The notes under the pieces were generated by a model. It had not been told where the DNA came from. It did not search any database and saw only the letters and a program-made list of their open reading frames with translations. From positions 1 to 64,000 of IMG/VR virus record IMGVR_UViG_3300032313_000840: DNA of 64,000 nucleotides; one strand, 5' to 3'. Within the stretch, counting starts at the first letter, position 1. Every line of letters starts with the position of its first letter. Made by a program: the position numbers and the translations under genes. Shown piece by piece: positions 29,297-39,676 of the stretch. The stretch is from a virus.

Positions 29297-29950
29297 ATGA
29301 AAAACAAAGGTTATTATAGCTGGATTCATGCCATCAATCAAGCTGGCTTACAAGCCCAACAAAATGGGCGTGATATGCTCAATGAAGCCAAGGCTGGAAA
29401 GATTACAGATTCTGCCAAGAAAGCTATTATCCAAGCTCAGTTGAGTCCAACACCTGCAAAAAAATTAGGTAGTCATATTGACGATGTATACATGGGTAGT
29501 AAGGGTGCACCATTAATTACGGATCCTGTACATGCGAGAGAAGTTGCTGGAGCCGATGAAAAAGTATATGATGAACTTAGAGCTAAACAAATACGAAATG
29601 AAATTACAAATCCAACTCCAGCATCTATAAGTTCTGGAAAACATAGATCTGTTAGATCCGAATTTGGTGTGGAAGGTCCACATTCTGGTACAGAAGAAGT
29701 TCCATATGGAAAATTACCTTACTTTGCATGGGCTCATGATTCTAAACCAACTGATGTTGATGGAGATGGTGATGCCGATGCTAAGGATGTAATACTAGAT
29801 GTATCTGATAATGTAATCGGTGATGAAGAAACCCCAGAAGATAAGTACGAAAGAGACGAAGAAGCTCGTCGCTTGAGTGATTATAGCGGACGTACTGGAG
29901 AGATGTACGAATCACTATCTCAGAAAATCAATAGAATTTTGAAGGGTTAA
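29297..29950 (+). CDS. late protein with EF-hand-like DxDxDG motif
   Basis: ATAAATA 5 nt before ATG; MLNE site; DVDGDGDADAKD. Confidence 0.65.
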   Translation: MKNKGYYSWIHAINQAGLQAQQNGRDMLNEAKAGKITDSAKKAIIQAQLSPTPAKKLGSHIDDVYMGSKGAPLITDPVHAREVAGADEKVYDELRAKQIRNEITNPTPASISSGKHRSVRSEFGVEGPHSGTEEVPYGKLPYFAWAHDSKPTDVDGDGDADAKDVILDVSDNVIGDEETPEDKYERDEEARRLSDYSGRTGEMYESLSQKINRILKG

Positions 29951-30153
29951 AGATCAGGATACCCGATCTCTCGGGACCATTCCCATTCTTGCCATAATAA
30001 TTTAGCAAATTCGTCGTCAGGATCATGACGACGAATTTCTATTTCTGCGATACCTTGTGCTGAGATGGCAGCATCCATTTCCCAAGATAACCAAAACCAT
30101 TCCTTGGGCCGTAGTATCTGATTAGTTATCAGACAACGGATTTCTTTTGGCAT
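29947..30153 (-). CDS. hypothetical Trp-rich protein
   Basis: Probable start MPKEIRC at 30153. Confidence 0.5.
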   Translation of the reverse strand: MPKEIRCLITNQILRPKEWFWLSWEMDAAISAQGIAEIEIRRHDPDDEFAKLLWQEWEWSREIGYPDL

Positions 30154-30154
30154 A

Positions 30155-30427
30155 TTATAACAATATAAATGCGCAAACACCATTAATTGTAGTAACGGCA
30201 TATGCTTCAATTGGAATGATGTCTTGGCGAACAGTTGCAGAGTTATAAGTTATAGGAATATTAAATGTTGCTCCTGCTGATGGTCTGGCAGGATCTCCTG
30301 AAAATGCCCAAAAAGTTAAACCTGATGCTCCTGAACTAGCAATATTGGTAATTAATAAACCTTTATTTTTTGGAAGTCTGGCTGCGTTTGCGGTTGCACC
30401 GATTATTTGAGTATATTTGTCGTACAT
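30155..30427 (-). CDS. hypothetical protein
   Basis: TATAAATA upstream of MYDKY. Confidence 0.55.
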   Translation of the reverse strand: MYDKYTQIIGATANAARLPKNKGLLITNIASSGASGLTFWAFSGDPARPSAGATFNIPITYNSATVRQDIIPIEAYAVTTINGVCAFILL

Positions 30428-30472
30428 GTTATTAATATTTATAATAACATATAACAACCTTTATAAAGGCAC

Positions 30473-30751
30473 TTATTCAAATTTCATATCCCAAAATTTG
30501 TCTAATTCTTCTTTGGTTTTGGCATAAGAGGCTATCCATATGCAATGCCAAACTTCACCATTCTGTTTGAGCACTCCCACCTGATATCCAGAATCGATGC
30601 TGTACTGAACAGCCCTGACAATATAAGGTGTCTTTTCCTTTACTTCATTTATGAAGTTTTGAACATAATCGGGATAGATTACTTCAGGAAGTTTGGGAGC
30701 CTTTTTAATTTTGCGTTTTGGTTGAGTGGAAGTTTTTCTGATTCTTGGCAT
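30473..30751 (-). CDS. hypothetical protein
   Basis: ORF with basic N-terminus. Confidence 0.55.
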   Translation of the reverse strand: MPRIRKTSTQPKRKIKKAPKLPEVIYPDYVQNFINEVKEKTPYIVRAVQYSIDSGYQVGVLKQNGEVWHCIWIASYAKTKEELDKFWDMKFE

Positions 30752-30764
30752 GATAAATATTTTT

Positions 30765-30968
30765 ATGAAACAAGTAAGTGAAGGTAATGTTTACAATATG
30801 GAAACTTCTTACATGGGTCCAAATAGATCAAAAGTTGGTCTGCAAGATTGGTCCACTGAAGTTCGTAAACAATTGATGCAGCATCTGTCTGATAAGTCGC
30901 CCGAAGAAGTTGAGAAAATCATTAAAGCAACATTTGGAGATGTGTTAGACAAGCCCAAGGGTCTTTGA
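30765..30968 (+). CDS. small late protein
   Basis: ATAAATA 5 nt before ATG 30765. Confidence 0.5.
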   Translation: MKQVSEGNVYNMETSYMGPNRSKVGLQDWSTEVRKQLMQHLSDKSPEEVEKIIKATFGDVLDKPKGL

Positions 30969-31136
30969 CAATTTTTTATTGTTTCCTTTGAAGTGGCTAT
31001 CAAAATAATCCTTTAATTCTTCTTTTCTTTTCAAGAATTTGTTGTATTCTTTTGTAGTCTCTTTTCCATCGGTTTCAAGTCTACCAAGTTTGTACATGGT
31101 ATGGCCATATTCGTAGATGAGTTCTTCTAGATCCAT
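30945..31136 (-). CDS. hypothetical protein
   Basis: TTGACT..TATAAT promoter directly before ATG. Confidence 0.55.
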   Translation of the reverse strand: MDLEELIYEYGHTMYKLGRLETDGKETTKEYNKFLKRKEELKDYFDSHFKGNNKKLSKTLGLV

Positions 31137-31189
31137 GAATACATTATACCCTACCGGGGAAACGAGTCAAGAAAGGTATAAATATTTTT

Positions 31190-33340
31190 ATGACGCATCC
31201 GAATAATGATTTTATCAAGAGATTTTTGGGGGAAGACAAAGTATCTCCAGAACAGCAGAAGGCTTTGTTGAAAAAACAAAGAATGGAAAATTACTATAAG
31301 TCTCTTGAACAAAAAAATATATTAGTTGAAGAAGATAAAAAAGCAATTGATTATACTACTCGTAAGATTTTTTCAAATACCAAACCAAAAACATTGGTAG
31401 ATCTTCAAGAGGCAAAAAAGGCTGCTGCACAGTGGATTGAAAAATTAACACCATATGGTGTGTTCTTTTACAATAAGGAACAAGATGTATGGATGAACAA
31501 TTTTGGAGTAATTAAAAAGACTCTTGATGAACTTATTCAAATGGTACGTTCTGGATATGAAATTGTTTCCGGAGATTCTTCCACATCCTCTGAAGTAACA
31601 ACCTTACAATCATTCTTTTCAGATAGTGGGTCAAAATTAGCTCTATTTAATTCTTTGGAAGAAACAGTATCGGTGTATGGCATATCATATTCACCAGCCG
31701 TTTCTACCACACTTTTAAATATAGTTAACATAGGTGGTATTCCTTTTAGTGGATCTTCAAATGAAAAATGTTTTGTTTCCGATGATGGGGATTATTTAGT
31801 TCTTTCATCTCCAAATAATAATTCTGTATATTTCTTTGATGTAAATGACGATGCACTGTTGCAGACAATAACCGAAGACCAACCTTTGTTTGGATCTTTA
31901 ATTGCTGTGGATAAAGATTTTTATGGTATTGCAATAAGTAGCACATATTTAAATCGCAATCCTAACGTGTATGATACAAGATTAAGTGCTCTGGGGGCAT
32001 CATCAAAAGTTTCATATTATGAAAGAAATTACGATTCTTTGGCTCCAGCATCTTTTAAAAGAGTACATAGTCATAATGCATATGGCATAATGAGGAAAAC
32101 TGGTATGGAGAGAGCAAATGAGTTTTTGTTTGCTCAAAACTCCGTATCAGATCAATTTGTAGACACTGGTGTTTTTAGATCAAGTGATTTAACGTGCAAA
32201 GGATATAATTTTGCAATTGCTGCCGTAGGACTTACAGCAGATCAGATAAATTATAAATCATTTTCTTATAACTATGACTCTCAAAGATATCTACCTTTAA
32301 GCACCTATACTGATTTGTCTGGTTTAAGTCAAGGAAGTGCTCAAATGAGACTGCAATATATCAATGGTCCATCCGCAAGTCCTGCGGTACCAACTGATGT
32401 ACAATCAGCAGCTTTATTGCAAATTTTAAATTTACCTTCAGTAAAACAATTTAGCATTGTTAGAAACATAGATGGAAATTATTATAAAGATAAGTCTTAT
32501 TATATGCCGGGATGCCAAGCTCCAATTTTGACTTACAAAAACTATGCATATAATAATTTTAAAAATCAATACGGTATAACTTACTTTAATCAAAATATTG
32601 TAGGAACATTTGCAGAAAAATCATTTATACGTGGAAATGGTCAAACAATATCAAGCTATGCCCCAGTAATTGAAGAAGAAGTAATAAATACAAAAGTTGG
32701 AATAAATGATACACATACATACCATGTTTCTCAACTTGTAACGCAAAGATCTACAAACAATATTAAAAATATTAGAATATACAGATTTTCAAATACAAAC
32801 GCAGCTGGAACTAATACTTTTCATTATCAGGATTATTCAAGGCCATCATTAGTTTCTGGTGTTACTGCAGATCCATCTTTAATAGTAAATGGTCTTATAA
32901 AAATACTTTATAAAACTTCTGATGCTTCTACTTTAGAAAATTCATTTTTTACACAGTCATCATTAACAAATGACCAAAAAACCCAACTTGGTTTAGTTGC
33001 AACCAAATCTTATTTATCCGATCCTACTGGATACTCTACTTCTTCTGAATTTGCATATCCAATAGATCAATCTGGTATAATAGATGGAAATATACAAAAT
33101 ATATATGTTAGCAATGATAATATTTTTATAAATTTTGAAAATAAAACTTTAGTATTTAAAATATTTTCAACTGGAGCAAATATTCAAAAACCTTTAATTT
33201 ATCAAACTACACTAACTGAATCACTTTATACGTATAATTTTACATATTCTGGTACAGTTAGTTATTTTTCTAAAGAAAATAAAATTTACAAATATAATGA
33301 TTTTACTTTGAGTATTGATTTAATAGGGACAATAGGATAA
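31190..33340 (+). CDS. large late/virion protein, beta-rich C-terminal part
   Basis: TATAAATA promoter; S/T/N/Y-rich; propeller-like SDDGDYLVLSSP..VYFFD. Confidence 0.7.
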   Translation: MTHPNNDFIKRFLGEDKVSPEQQKALLKKQRMENYYKSLEQKNILVEEDKKAIDYTTRKIFSNTKPKTLVDLQEAKKAAAQWIEKLTPYGVFFYNKEQDVWMNNFGVIKKTLDELIQMVRSGYEIVSGDSSTSSEVTTLQSFFSDSGSKLALFNSLEETVSVYGISYSPAVSTTLLNIVNIGGIPFSGSSNEKCFVSDDGDYLVLSSPNNNSVYFFDVNDDALLQTITEDQPLFGSLIAVDKDFYGIAISSTYLNRNPNVYDTRLSALGASSKVSYYERNYDSLAPASFKRVHSHNAYGIMRKTGMERANEFLFAQNSVSDQFVDTGVFRSSDLTCKGYNFAIAAVGLTADQINYKSFSYNYDSQRYLPLSTYTDLSGLSQGSAQMRLQYINGPSASPAVPTDVQSAALLQILNLPSVKQFSIVRNIDGNYYKDKSYYMPGCQAPILTYKNYAYNNFKNQYGITYFNQNIVGTFAEKSFIRGNGQTISSYAPVIEEEVINTKVGINDTHTYHVSQLVTQRSTNNIKNIRIYRFSNTNAAGTNTFHYQDYSRPSLVSGVTADPSLIVNGLIKILYKTSDASTLENSFFTQSSLTNDQKTQLGLVATKSYLSDPTGYSTSSEFAYPIDQSGIIDGNIQNIYVSNDNIFINFENKTLVFKIFSTGANIQKPLIYQTTLTESLYTYNFTYSGTVSYFSKENKIYKYNDFTLSIDLIGTIG

Positions 33341-33343
33341 TAC

Positions 33344-35566
33344 ATGGCATTTATATCTAATTTAATATCAACGGCAGTTCCACATAATGTCGCATATGCT
33401 ACATCCGAATGGCCTTATACAACCAATGATACATTGCTTTGTACAGATCCAATTTATTTTGCAACAAATTTAACTTTATTAAATTCCTATAGAACTACTG
33501 CAGGAGTATCTACGATATCTTCTTCCAGTATTAATGCAGGGAATGTTTATGTGTTAAAAGTATTTTTATGTGCTAGCATTGATGGAAGTTTAAATTTTGT
33601 GAATGTTGCGGCAACACAATCCTCTAATTTAACTTCCAGCAATTTATCATCCAACATTTTTTCTCAATCACTTTCTTCATTATTTCAAAATTTAAAGCAT
33701 AGTGATTTATGTGCTTCTATGACTCAAGAAGAAATTTTGCAATTATGTCGTGAATACAAAATTATTTTTAGAATTACATCACAAAGTTCTCCAGTACTCA
33801 CACAGTCTGTTCAAGATGGTGATATTGTACAGGATTTTAAATTAGTTTTAGACATATCTTCTGCCGGCCCTTATGAGGTTGAATTTGAATGGCTTGATAT
33901 GCTTAGTCCTTTTGATTTTACTGAAGCTGAAAGATATGCCATATATAAAAGTAATTTTAGACTTCCTGGGGCAGAAGTCCAAAGATGTTTTTACCCTAAA
34001 AATATTTCTTCTTTGACTGGCGTTCCCATTGCTATATTAATGCACGGTGGAGGCCATCAAAGTCAAATGTATGATTCATACGGTAGCCTATTAGCATCAT
34101 ATGGATATTTTGTAATTCAACCTACTTTTGGTGCTCCCGGAGATTATAGTGGAAGATTTTTTGGTATCTTAAAACAATTAAAAGAACAAATATCAAAAAT
34201 TAAATCTGGAATTTTTTCAGGAAAGTTAAATTACAATAAAATTGTTTTATTTGGACATAGTGCAGGTGGTGCAGCTGCTTGTAACGCAATATACTATTTG
34301 CAAGAAAATATAATAGTACCACCAGTTAGCGGTTTATCTTTTTCTGATATTTTATGTGGTATATTTTTAGAACATGCAAACCCAACCGTTCCTATTTTTT
34401 ATAATAGCCCAGGATTTACATATGCCAATATTCCTTCTATTACAATCACAGCATCTCCTTCTACAACAAACAATGCAACACCACAGTATTTTTTAAATGT
34501 AAAAGAATTAAGATCTCCTGCTTCTGCAACAGATTCTTTTAAAGCACATATTAATGTAAGACATACAGCCCATGATGATCTTGGACATCCAATATGCAGT
34601 ACTCAATTATCAGTATTTTCTCCCCAAATAGAAGCAGCACCAAATGGTTCTGGTGGAATAACTTCTATAGGATATTATGTGACAGGAACAGGATATGTAT
34701 TTAACTCATGTACACCAACATTAGATTGGGTATCCCAAAATGTATTAAAGTATATAAGTATTATTTTTAAAAATAAAATTACTAATTTATTAAATAATAG
34801 TTCGAATGACTATTTGCCTTCAACAGTACAAAATTTACAAGCTAGTGCAACTATTCACCCTAAAATGACTTTAGGGTCAAATTTGTTTAATATAGATGCA
34901 TTGGCAAATACTGGTGGATTTTGTGCAGGTACCACGTATGATTTTATTAAAGAATCGTATAAATCAGACTCAACATCCACCACAAATGATTTTGTTGGAT
35001 TAATAAATTCAGAATATGCAGGTGCAGTAAATTTTAGTGATTATGTAAATCTTTATTATGATAAAGGTAATGTAGTTTTTGGTTATGACGGAACTGGAGA
35101 AAAAGGATTTACATATGCATATTCGGCTGGTTCGCCATTAGATCTTACTATAAGTAATACTGCAAAATATTTAAATGTTGTTGTAGGGCTAGCAGCATTA
35201 ACATATCCAACTTCTACTTTAACAGATGTATTATCTCAAACCTTTTATAATCATTTTTGTATACATGCTACAGATATAAACGGTCAGTCTTCTATAGTAA
35301 ACAGCAAACAAAGAAACATGGGTATTCCAAATTCAAATAAAGATGGATATGCTTATTCAGATGGAGCATATATTAATAATTTAAATATTTCATCTTCTTA
35401 TATGCCTGGAACAAATTTAGCATTTAATCTTCAAGATTTTAAAATAATAAATCCAAATATTGATCTTACACAAATAACAAATCTTCGATTGCGATTTAGT
35501 CCAACACATGGAACTTCTGCATTAAGTTACAATAGATTTGTATATAATGGGATATTTTTAAGTTAA
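33344..35566 (+). CDS. large protein containing an alpha/beta-hydrolase (chlorophyllase/esterase-like) domain
   Basis: PIAILMHGGG, LASYGYFVI, nucleophile elbow GHSAGG, later AHDD. Confidence 0.75.
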   Translation: MAFISNLISTAVPHNVAYATSEWPYTTNDTLLCTDPIYFATNLTLLNSYRTTAGVSTISSSSINAGNVYVLKVFLCASIDGSLNFVNVAATQSSNLTSSNLSSNIFSQSLSSLFQNLKHSDLCASMTQEEILQLCREYKIIFRITSQSSPVLTQSVQDGDIVQDFKLVLDISSAGPYEVEFEWLDMLSPFDFTEAERYAIYKSNFRLPGAEVQRCFYPKNISSLTGVPIAILMHGGGHQSQMYDSYGSLLASYGYFVIQPTFGAPGDYSGRFFGILKQLKEQISKIKSGIFSGKLNYNKIVLFGHSAGGAAACNAIYYLQENIIVPPVSGLSFSDILCGIFLEHANPTVPIFYNSPGFTYANIPSITITASPSTTNNATPQYFLNVKELRSPASATDSFKAHINVRHTAHDDLGHPICSTQLSVFSPQIEAAPNGSGGITSIGYYVTGTGYVFNSCTPTLDWVSQNVLKYISIIFKNKITNLLNNSSNDYLPSTVQNLQASATIHPKMTLGSNLFNIDALANTGGFCAGTTYDFIKESYKSDSTSTTNDFVGLINSEYAGAVNFSDYVNLYYDKGNVVFGYDGTGEKGFTYAYSAGSPLDLTISNTAKYLNVVVGLAALTYPTSTLTDVLSQTFYNHFCIHATDINGQSSIVNSKQRNMGIPNSNKDGYAYSDGAYINNLNISSSYMPGTNLAFNLQDFKIINPNIDLTQITNLRLRFSPTHGTSALSYNRFVYNGIFLS

Positions 35567-35599
35567 TATCTTTAAATTTATTCAAATATAAATAATATT

Positions 35600-36361
35600 A
35601 TGAAACACCTTGAACAATATTACCGTAATCTTTCCGAGCAACTTGAGCGCCAAATTGCCATTCTTGAAGCCAAACTCAAGGATAAGAAGAAGGGCAAGAA
35701 AGAAAAGTTAGCCGGTAAGGACTATGACAAGGACGGAGAACTTGAAACTTCTAAGGAAGAGCACAGGGGTGCTGTTGACAATGCAATTAAGAAGGCTGTT
35801 GCCAAGAAGAAGGGTGTTCTCAAAGAAGGCCGCGAAGTCTCAACCGGAAACATCGTATATGGTGGCTTCCCAAGAGTCATGAATGAATCCCAAGAATCCT
35901 ATCTGGTTCCTGTTCAGTCAACCCCAAATTCAGGTGCGCTTCCACCCCAAAAGCCAACCAATTTGATGCCAATGGATAATAATAGTAATGGTATACATGA
36001 TAAATTAGATGCAATAACATGGAATGCGAAAGCATATGGCACACCATATCCATCAGAATCATTTGCTGCTGCTGCTTCAGCTGCCATAGCTGCTGGTGAT
36101 GCAGTAGGAAAGCTTCATGCTACTGCCAGAACTGCAATGGGTCCAAATTACCAAGAAAGAGGATTTTTAAAAGATCCAGCATTTTTAGCTGCACGTGAAA
36201 AACAATTAGCAGCAGAAGCAGCAATGAAAGCACATCCACATTATGGTGAAGCCCAAAAAGGTCATCCATCAACTCGTAGAGGTCCTTTAACAGATGAAGA
36301 AAGAACTGAAATGCGTGGTTACGGAATGCCCGGGTCTGGTTCTAGATGGACTGGCGACTAA
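35600..36361 (+). CDS. late protein, probable capsid-internal protein
   Basis: TATAAATA 5 nt before ATG; MKHLEQYYRNLSEQL leader; DYDKDGELETSKEEH motif. Confidence 0.7.
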   Translation: MKHLEQYYRNLSEQLERQIAILEAKLKDKKKGKKEKLAGKDYDKDGELETSKEEHRGAVDNAIKKAVAKKKGVLKEGREVSTGNIVYGGFPRVMNESQESYLVPVQSTPNSGALPPQKPTNLMPMDNNSNGIHDKLDAITWNAKAYGTPYPSESFAAAASAAIAAGDAVGKLHATARTAMGPNYQERGFLKDPAFLAAREKQLAAEAAMKAHPHYGEAQKGHPSTRRGPLTDEERTEMRGYGMPGSGSRWTGD

Positions 36362-36440
36362 TCCCCTGTAAAGATCGCAAGGTCTTTCGACCCCTTCTAA
36401 TCTCTGCGCAGAAGGGGTTTTTCTTTCCATAAATAATTCT

Positions 36441-37295
36441 ATGATCAAGGCTGTAGGCGACAAATTTTATGTTATGGACTCCACAGGTAAAAAAATACTG
36501 GGAAAACATGCCTCTAAGAAGAAAGCAATTGCCCAACTACAGGCCATTGAAATCTCAAAGCACAGAAATGAATCAAGAATTTTAAGATTTTCTGAATATC
36601 TTTCAGAAAGCCTACAGACTCTTCAATATCATGATGTATTGAATCCAGATCTTTGGGATGGTTTTGAACTCAAGGATGATGTAAGACAAAAGTTGCTTGA
36701 GATAGGTGATGAATGGAGCCATTGGGCCAAATTGCCATTACATGCAATCAAGGATTATATTTTTGTTGGAGGCAATGCAAACTTCAATTACACACCTCAG
36801 TCAGATGTCGATCTGCACATTCTAATTGATTCAAAGGTTATTGCTGACTGCCCAGAGTTTATTGAAGATTACTTCAATGACAAAAAGGATTTGTGGAAAC
36901 TCAAACATGACATATCAATCTACGGCCATCCCGTAGAGATTTATGCACAAGATATAAACAACAAGATTCCAGAGAATCAAGGAGTCTACAGCCTGACAAA
37001 GAATGAATGGCTGTCCAAACCAGTTCATTTAGATATTGATATAAACAACATTGCCAATGATACTGATGTCGAAGAATTAAAAACCAAAATAGATTCTTTG
37101 ATTGCACAAAATGCAGACACCACAGAAGTTCAAGAACTAAAAGATCAGATCAAGGCAATGCGTGGCCAAAGCATCTCTGCAAAGGGAGAGTTTGGTGAAG
37201 GCAATCTGATCTTCAAAGAACTTCGTAATCTTGGATATCTTGACAAGATGAACGATTATATCGAATTGAATAGAGATAAAAAATTATCTCTTTGA
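36441..37295 (+). CDS. Pol-beta-superfamily nucleotidyltransferase-like protein
   Basis: GGNANFNYTPQSDVDLH, PVEIY, NLIFKELRN; late promoter; internal RFSEYLSE leader. Confidence 0.75.
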   Translation: MIKAVGDKFYVMDSTGKKILGKHASKKKAIAQLQAIEISKHRNESRILRFSEYLSESLQTLQYHDVLNPDLWDGFELKDDVRQKLLEIGDEWSHWAKLPLHAIKDYIFVGGNANFNYTPQSDVDLHILIDSKVIADCPEFIEDYFNDKKDLWKLKHDISIYGHPVEIYAQDINNKIPENQGVYSLTKNEWLSKPVHLDIDINNIANDTDVEELKTKIDSLIAQNADTTEVQELKDQIKAMRGQSISAKGEFGEGNLIFKELRNLGYLDKMNDYIELNRDKKLSL

Positions 37296-37556
37296 TCAAC
37301 GTTCGACTGCTTCAACCCAATCTTGGTGCACTAGATGATTTCCTTGAAATCCATCTTTGATCTTTGATAGATCCCAAAGAATCACATCACCTACTTGAAT
37401 GTCTTCAGTGAGTTTGTTGCCGACTGCCAATACCTTTGCACGAATGATCTTGTATTTAGATCTCTCTTGAAAGATAATTCCGGCTTCAGTGGTTTTTTCT
37501 CCACCAACCAAAGACTTTGCGACGATCCACTTGCCGATAGGTTTCATATTACTCAT
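37296..37556 (-). CDS. groES: GroES-like co-chaperonin
   Basis: MKPIGKWIV..EKTTEAGIIF..AKVLAVG..IQVGDVIL. Confidence 0.8.
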   Translation of the reverse strand: MSNMKPIGKWIVAKSLVGGEKTTEAGIIFQERSKYKIIRAKVLAVGNKLTEDIQVGDVILWDLSKIKDGFQGNHLVHQDWVEAVER

Positions 37557-37670
37557 ATTATTTCTTTCTTGAATCACTAATCATGCACCAGATGCCATAA
37601 CCGATTAACCAAAAACCAGGAATGGATGCAACAGTACATATTAATAATACTATAATTTTCTCAGTCATAA

Positions 37671-37741
37671 TTCCTCAGATAGGATTCGAACCTATACAAA
37701 GAGATCCAAAGTCTCTGGTGCTACCATTACACTACCGAGGA
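37671..37741 (-). tRNA. tRNA-Gln(UUG)
   Basis: Anticodon arm AGAGA-CT TTG GA-TCTCT; GGTTCGAATCC. Confidence 0.93.
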
Positions 37742-38275
37742 GTGAATTTTAGCGCAATAATTATTCATAATAATTGAACTTGCGCAACCAACATTGATGC
37801 TTCTTACAGATCCGTACTGAGGGATATACAAGACATCATCACACATACTTAGCACATCCGTAGGAACGCCAATTTGTTCCTGCCCAAAGATCATAATATA
37901 ATGCACATTTGGATCAAAGTCAAATGCATTTACATCCTTGGCTTCAGGAATGTTGTCTATTCCAATTAGTCTGACTGGTCCTGATTCTTGCTTGGATTCA
38001 AAATAAGATCCAAGATTATCAATACTTCGTACATGATAAAAATTGGTATAATGGTGAGTACCAACAGTACCACGACGATCATATTTTTTATGCCCATAGA
38101 TTACTACTTCTTTCGCAAGAAACGCATTAGCATTTCGAATGACCGTGGCGATATTAAAGTCATTGCCAATATTGCAACACACAACACTGAAGTTATGTCT
38201 TTTAGTATCAAGGTCAGCCCTGATTGCATCGTCGTTCCAATAATGGTAATGATCAATAATATTACGAGTTTCCAT
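37727..38275 (-). CDS. SpoU/TrmH-family SPOUT RNA 2'-O-methyltransferase
   Basis: NIATVIRNANAF, FGQEQIGV, YIPQYGSVRSINV. Confidence 0.9.
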   Translation of the reverse strand: METRNIIDHYHYWNDDAIRADLDTKRHNFSVVCCNIGNDFNIATVIRNANAFLAKEVVIYGHKKYDRRGTVGTHHYTNFYHVRSIDNLGSYFESKQESGPVRLIGIDNIPEAKDVNAFDFDPNVHYIMIFGQEQIGVPTDVLSMCDDVLYIPQYGSVRSINVGCASSIIMNNYCAKIHSSVV

Positions 38276-38714
38276 CGGTCTTCTGCCAATTATTCAAAAT
38301 CCAACTTGAAGAATTTTTCTTATCTTCTCCACCAACTCCAAACATGAAAGAAAGATTATTGTCTTGATAATCCATCTCAGGAATGTTTTTTCCATTTCTA
38401 TCTCCACCATTGGCAAAGATAATATGGGCATCGGGATATTTCATTCTCACTCTGTGAATTGCATCTTTTGCACTATTGTCAGAATCATCAAAGTCAATAA
38501 CTTCATCAACTCCCTTAATGTTCTGCATGATGGTTGCTCTTTCCTCAAATGGTAAGAAACTTTTACCTTTTTTTCTTACAAGCCATTCGTCGGAATTTAC
38601 TCCAGCGATTAGATGTGTTCCATGTTTACGTGCAGCAGCAACATATGCAATGTGACCACTGTGAACTGGATCAAATCCACCTGTAATCAAAACGATTGTT
38701 AAACTTTTATTCAT
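38262..38714 (-). CDS. cytidylyltransferase-family (HIGH) nucleotidyltransferase
   Basis: TGGFDPVHSGH, GVNSDEWLVRKKG, FANGGDR, KKNSSS. Confidence 0.9.
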   Translation of the reverse strand: MNKSLTIVLITGGFDPVHSGHIAYVAAARKHGTHLIAGVNSDEWLVRKKGKSFLPFEERATIMQNIKGVDEVIDFDDSDNSAKDAIHRVRMKYPDAHIIFANGGDRNGKNIPEMDYQDNNLSFMFGVGGEDKKNSSSWILNNWQKTDGNS

Positions 38715-38731
38715 TGTGGTTAATTACTTTC

Positions 38732-39175
38732 TTATTCCACAACCTCATAGCCATTCTTGATTCTAACTTCTTCGCAAAATGTATGACAATCAATTGCAGA
38801 TCTGCATAGTTTTCCGGGCTTTCCGGTAACCTCACAAATCTTGTAAGATTCATCTTCTGCAGTATCAATCAACTTTCGAACATCATGATATAGTTTGTCA
38901 TTGTCTGTGTTCATCATGTAATAGAACCGAAGACCACCAAACTTTTCTTTGATCTGAAGAAGCATGAACATAGGCTGTTCAGGATTTTCCTTGATATTCT
39001 TTCTCTCTTCATCAAGAAGAACAGAAAGATCAGAGCAGAGTTTATCAACAAGTAGATACCAACCACTTGGAAGATTATATGGCGAACTATGAACCATACC
39101 CTTGAAAACAGAAGGATAGTCTTCAATCAGTTTATCAATTGGATCTGCGTACTCTTTTAGTTCAATAGGATTCAT
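38732..39175 (-). CDS. conserved hypothetical phage protein
   Basis: GWY..QIKEKFGGLRFY..S..ICEVTG. Confidence 0.7.
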   Translation of the reverse strand: MNPIELKEYADPIDKLIEDYPSVFKGMVHSSPYNLPSGWYLLVDKLCSDLSVLLDEERKNIKENPEQPMFMLLQIKEKFGGLRFYYMMNTDNDKLYHDVRKLIDTAEDESYKICEVTGKPGKLCRSAIDCHTFCEEVRIKNGYEVVE

Positions 39176-39372
39176 TCGTCTTTTCCTTTCCCCCAACCAG
39201 TTCCATGGTTGTAGGCAGTGATTATAGATTCCTTAGTCTCCAGTGCACAGTTACGCTGCACACGGAGTACACGAATTTCTTCTGCGGCATCTCGGCAAAC
39301 TTCAAATACTTCTCGGTTTGCATCGTGCCACTTATCGGCCATATTTCTCAAACGTAGTTCAATGTCTTTCAT
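39172..39372 (-). CDS. hypothetical protein
   Basis: DIELRLR..CRDAAEEIRVLR, a common phage pattern. Confidence 0.55.
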   Translation of the reverse strand: MKDIELRLRNMADKWHDANREVFEVCRDAAEEIRVLRVQRNCALETKESIITAYNHGTGWGKGKDE

Positions 39373-39380
39373 AGGTTTAG

Positions 39381-39455
39381 TGATCCTGACGGGATTCGAA
39401 CCCGTGTTGTGGCCTTGAAAGGGCCGCGTCCTTGACCAGACTAGACGACAGGACC
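39381..39455 (-). tRNA. tRNA-Glu(UUC)
   Basis: GGTCCTG TC GTCTAG..AGGAC; loop CT TTC AA; GGTTCGAATCC. Confidence 0.92.
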
Positions 39456-39461
39456 ATTGTA

Positions 39462-39626
39462 TTAGTCAAACTTTGCGCGAATTTCGTTAGCGAGGAAGGC
39501 GACCATCATACCAATAATGCTGCCAACCAATGCACCTTCGTAGTTAAAGTGATATGCCATGCCAATCATGTTAATCATGGCAAGAAGAGTCAGAGGAACG
39601 GTAAGTTTGTTGATTACGGTTTTCAT
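39462..39626 (-). CDS. small two-TM membrane protein
   Basis: TTGACA..TATACT-6nt-ATG; two hydrophobic segments. Confidence 0.55.
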   Translation of the reverse strand: MKTVINKLTVPLTLLAMINMIGMAYHFNYEGALVGSIIGMMVAFLANEIRAKFD

Positions 39627-39676
39627 GCCTTCAGTATACACCATATAGAACCCCTGTCAAACATAAATATTGTAGT

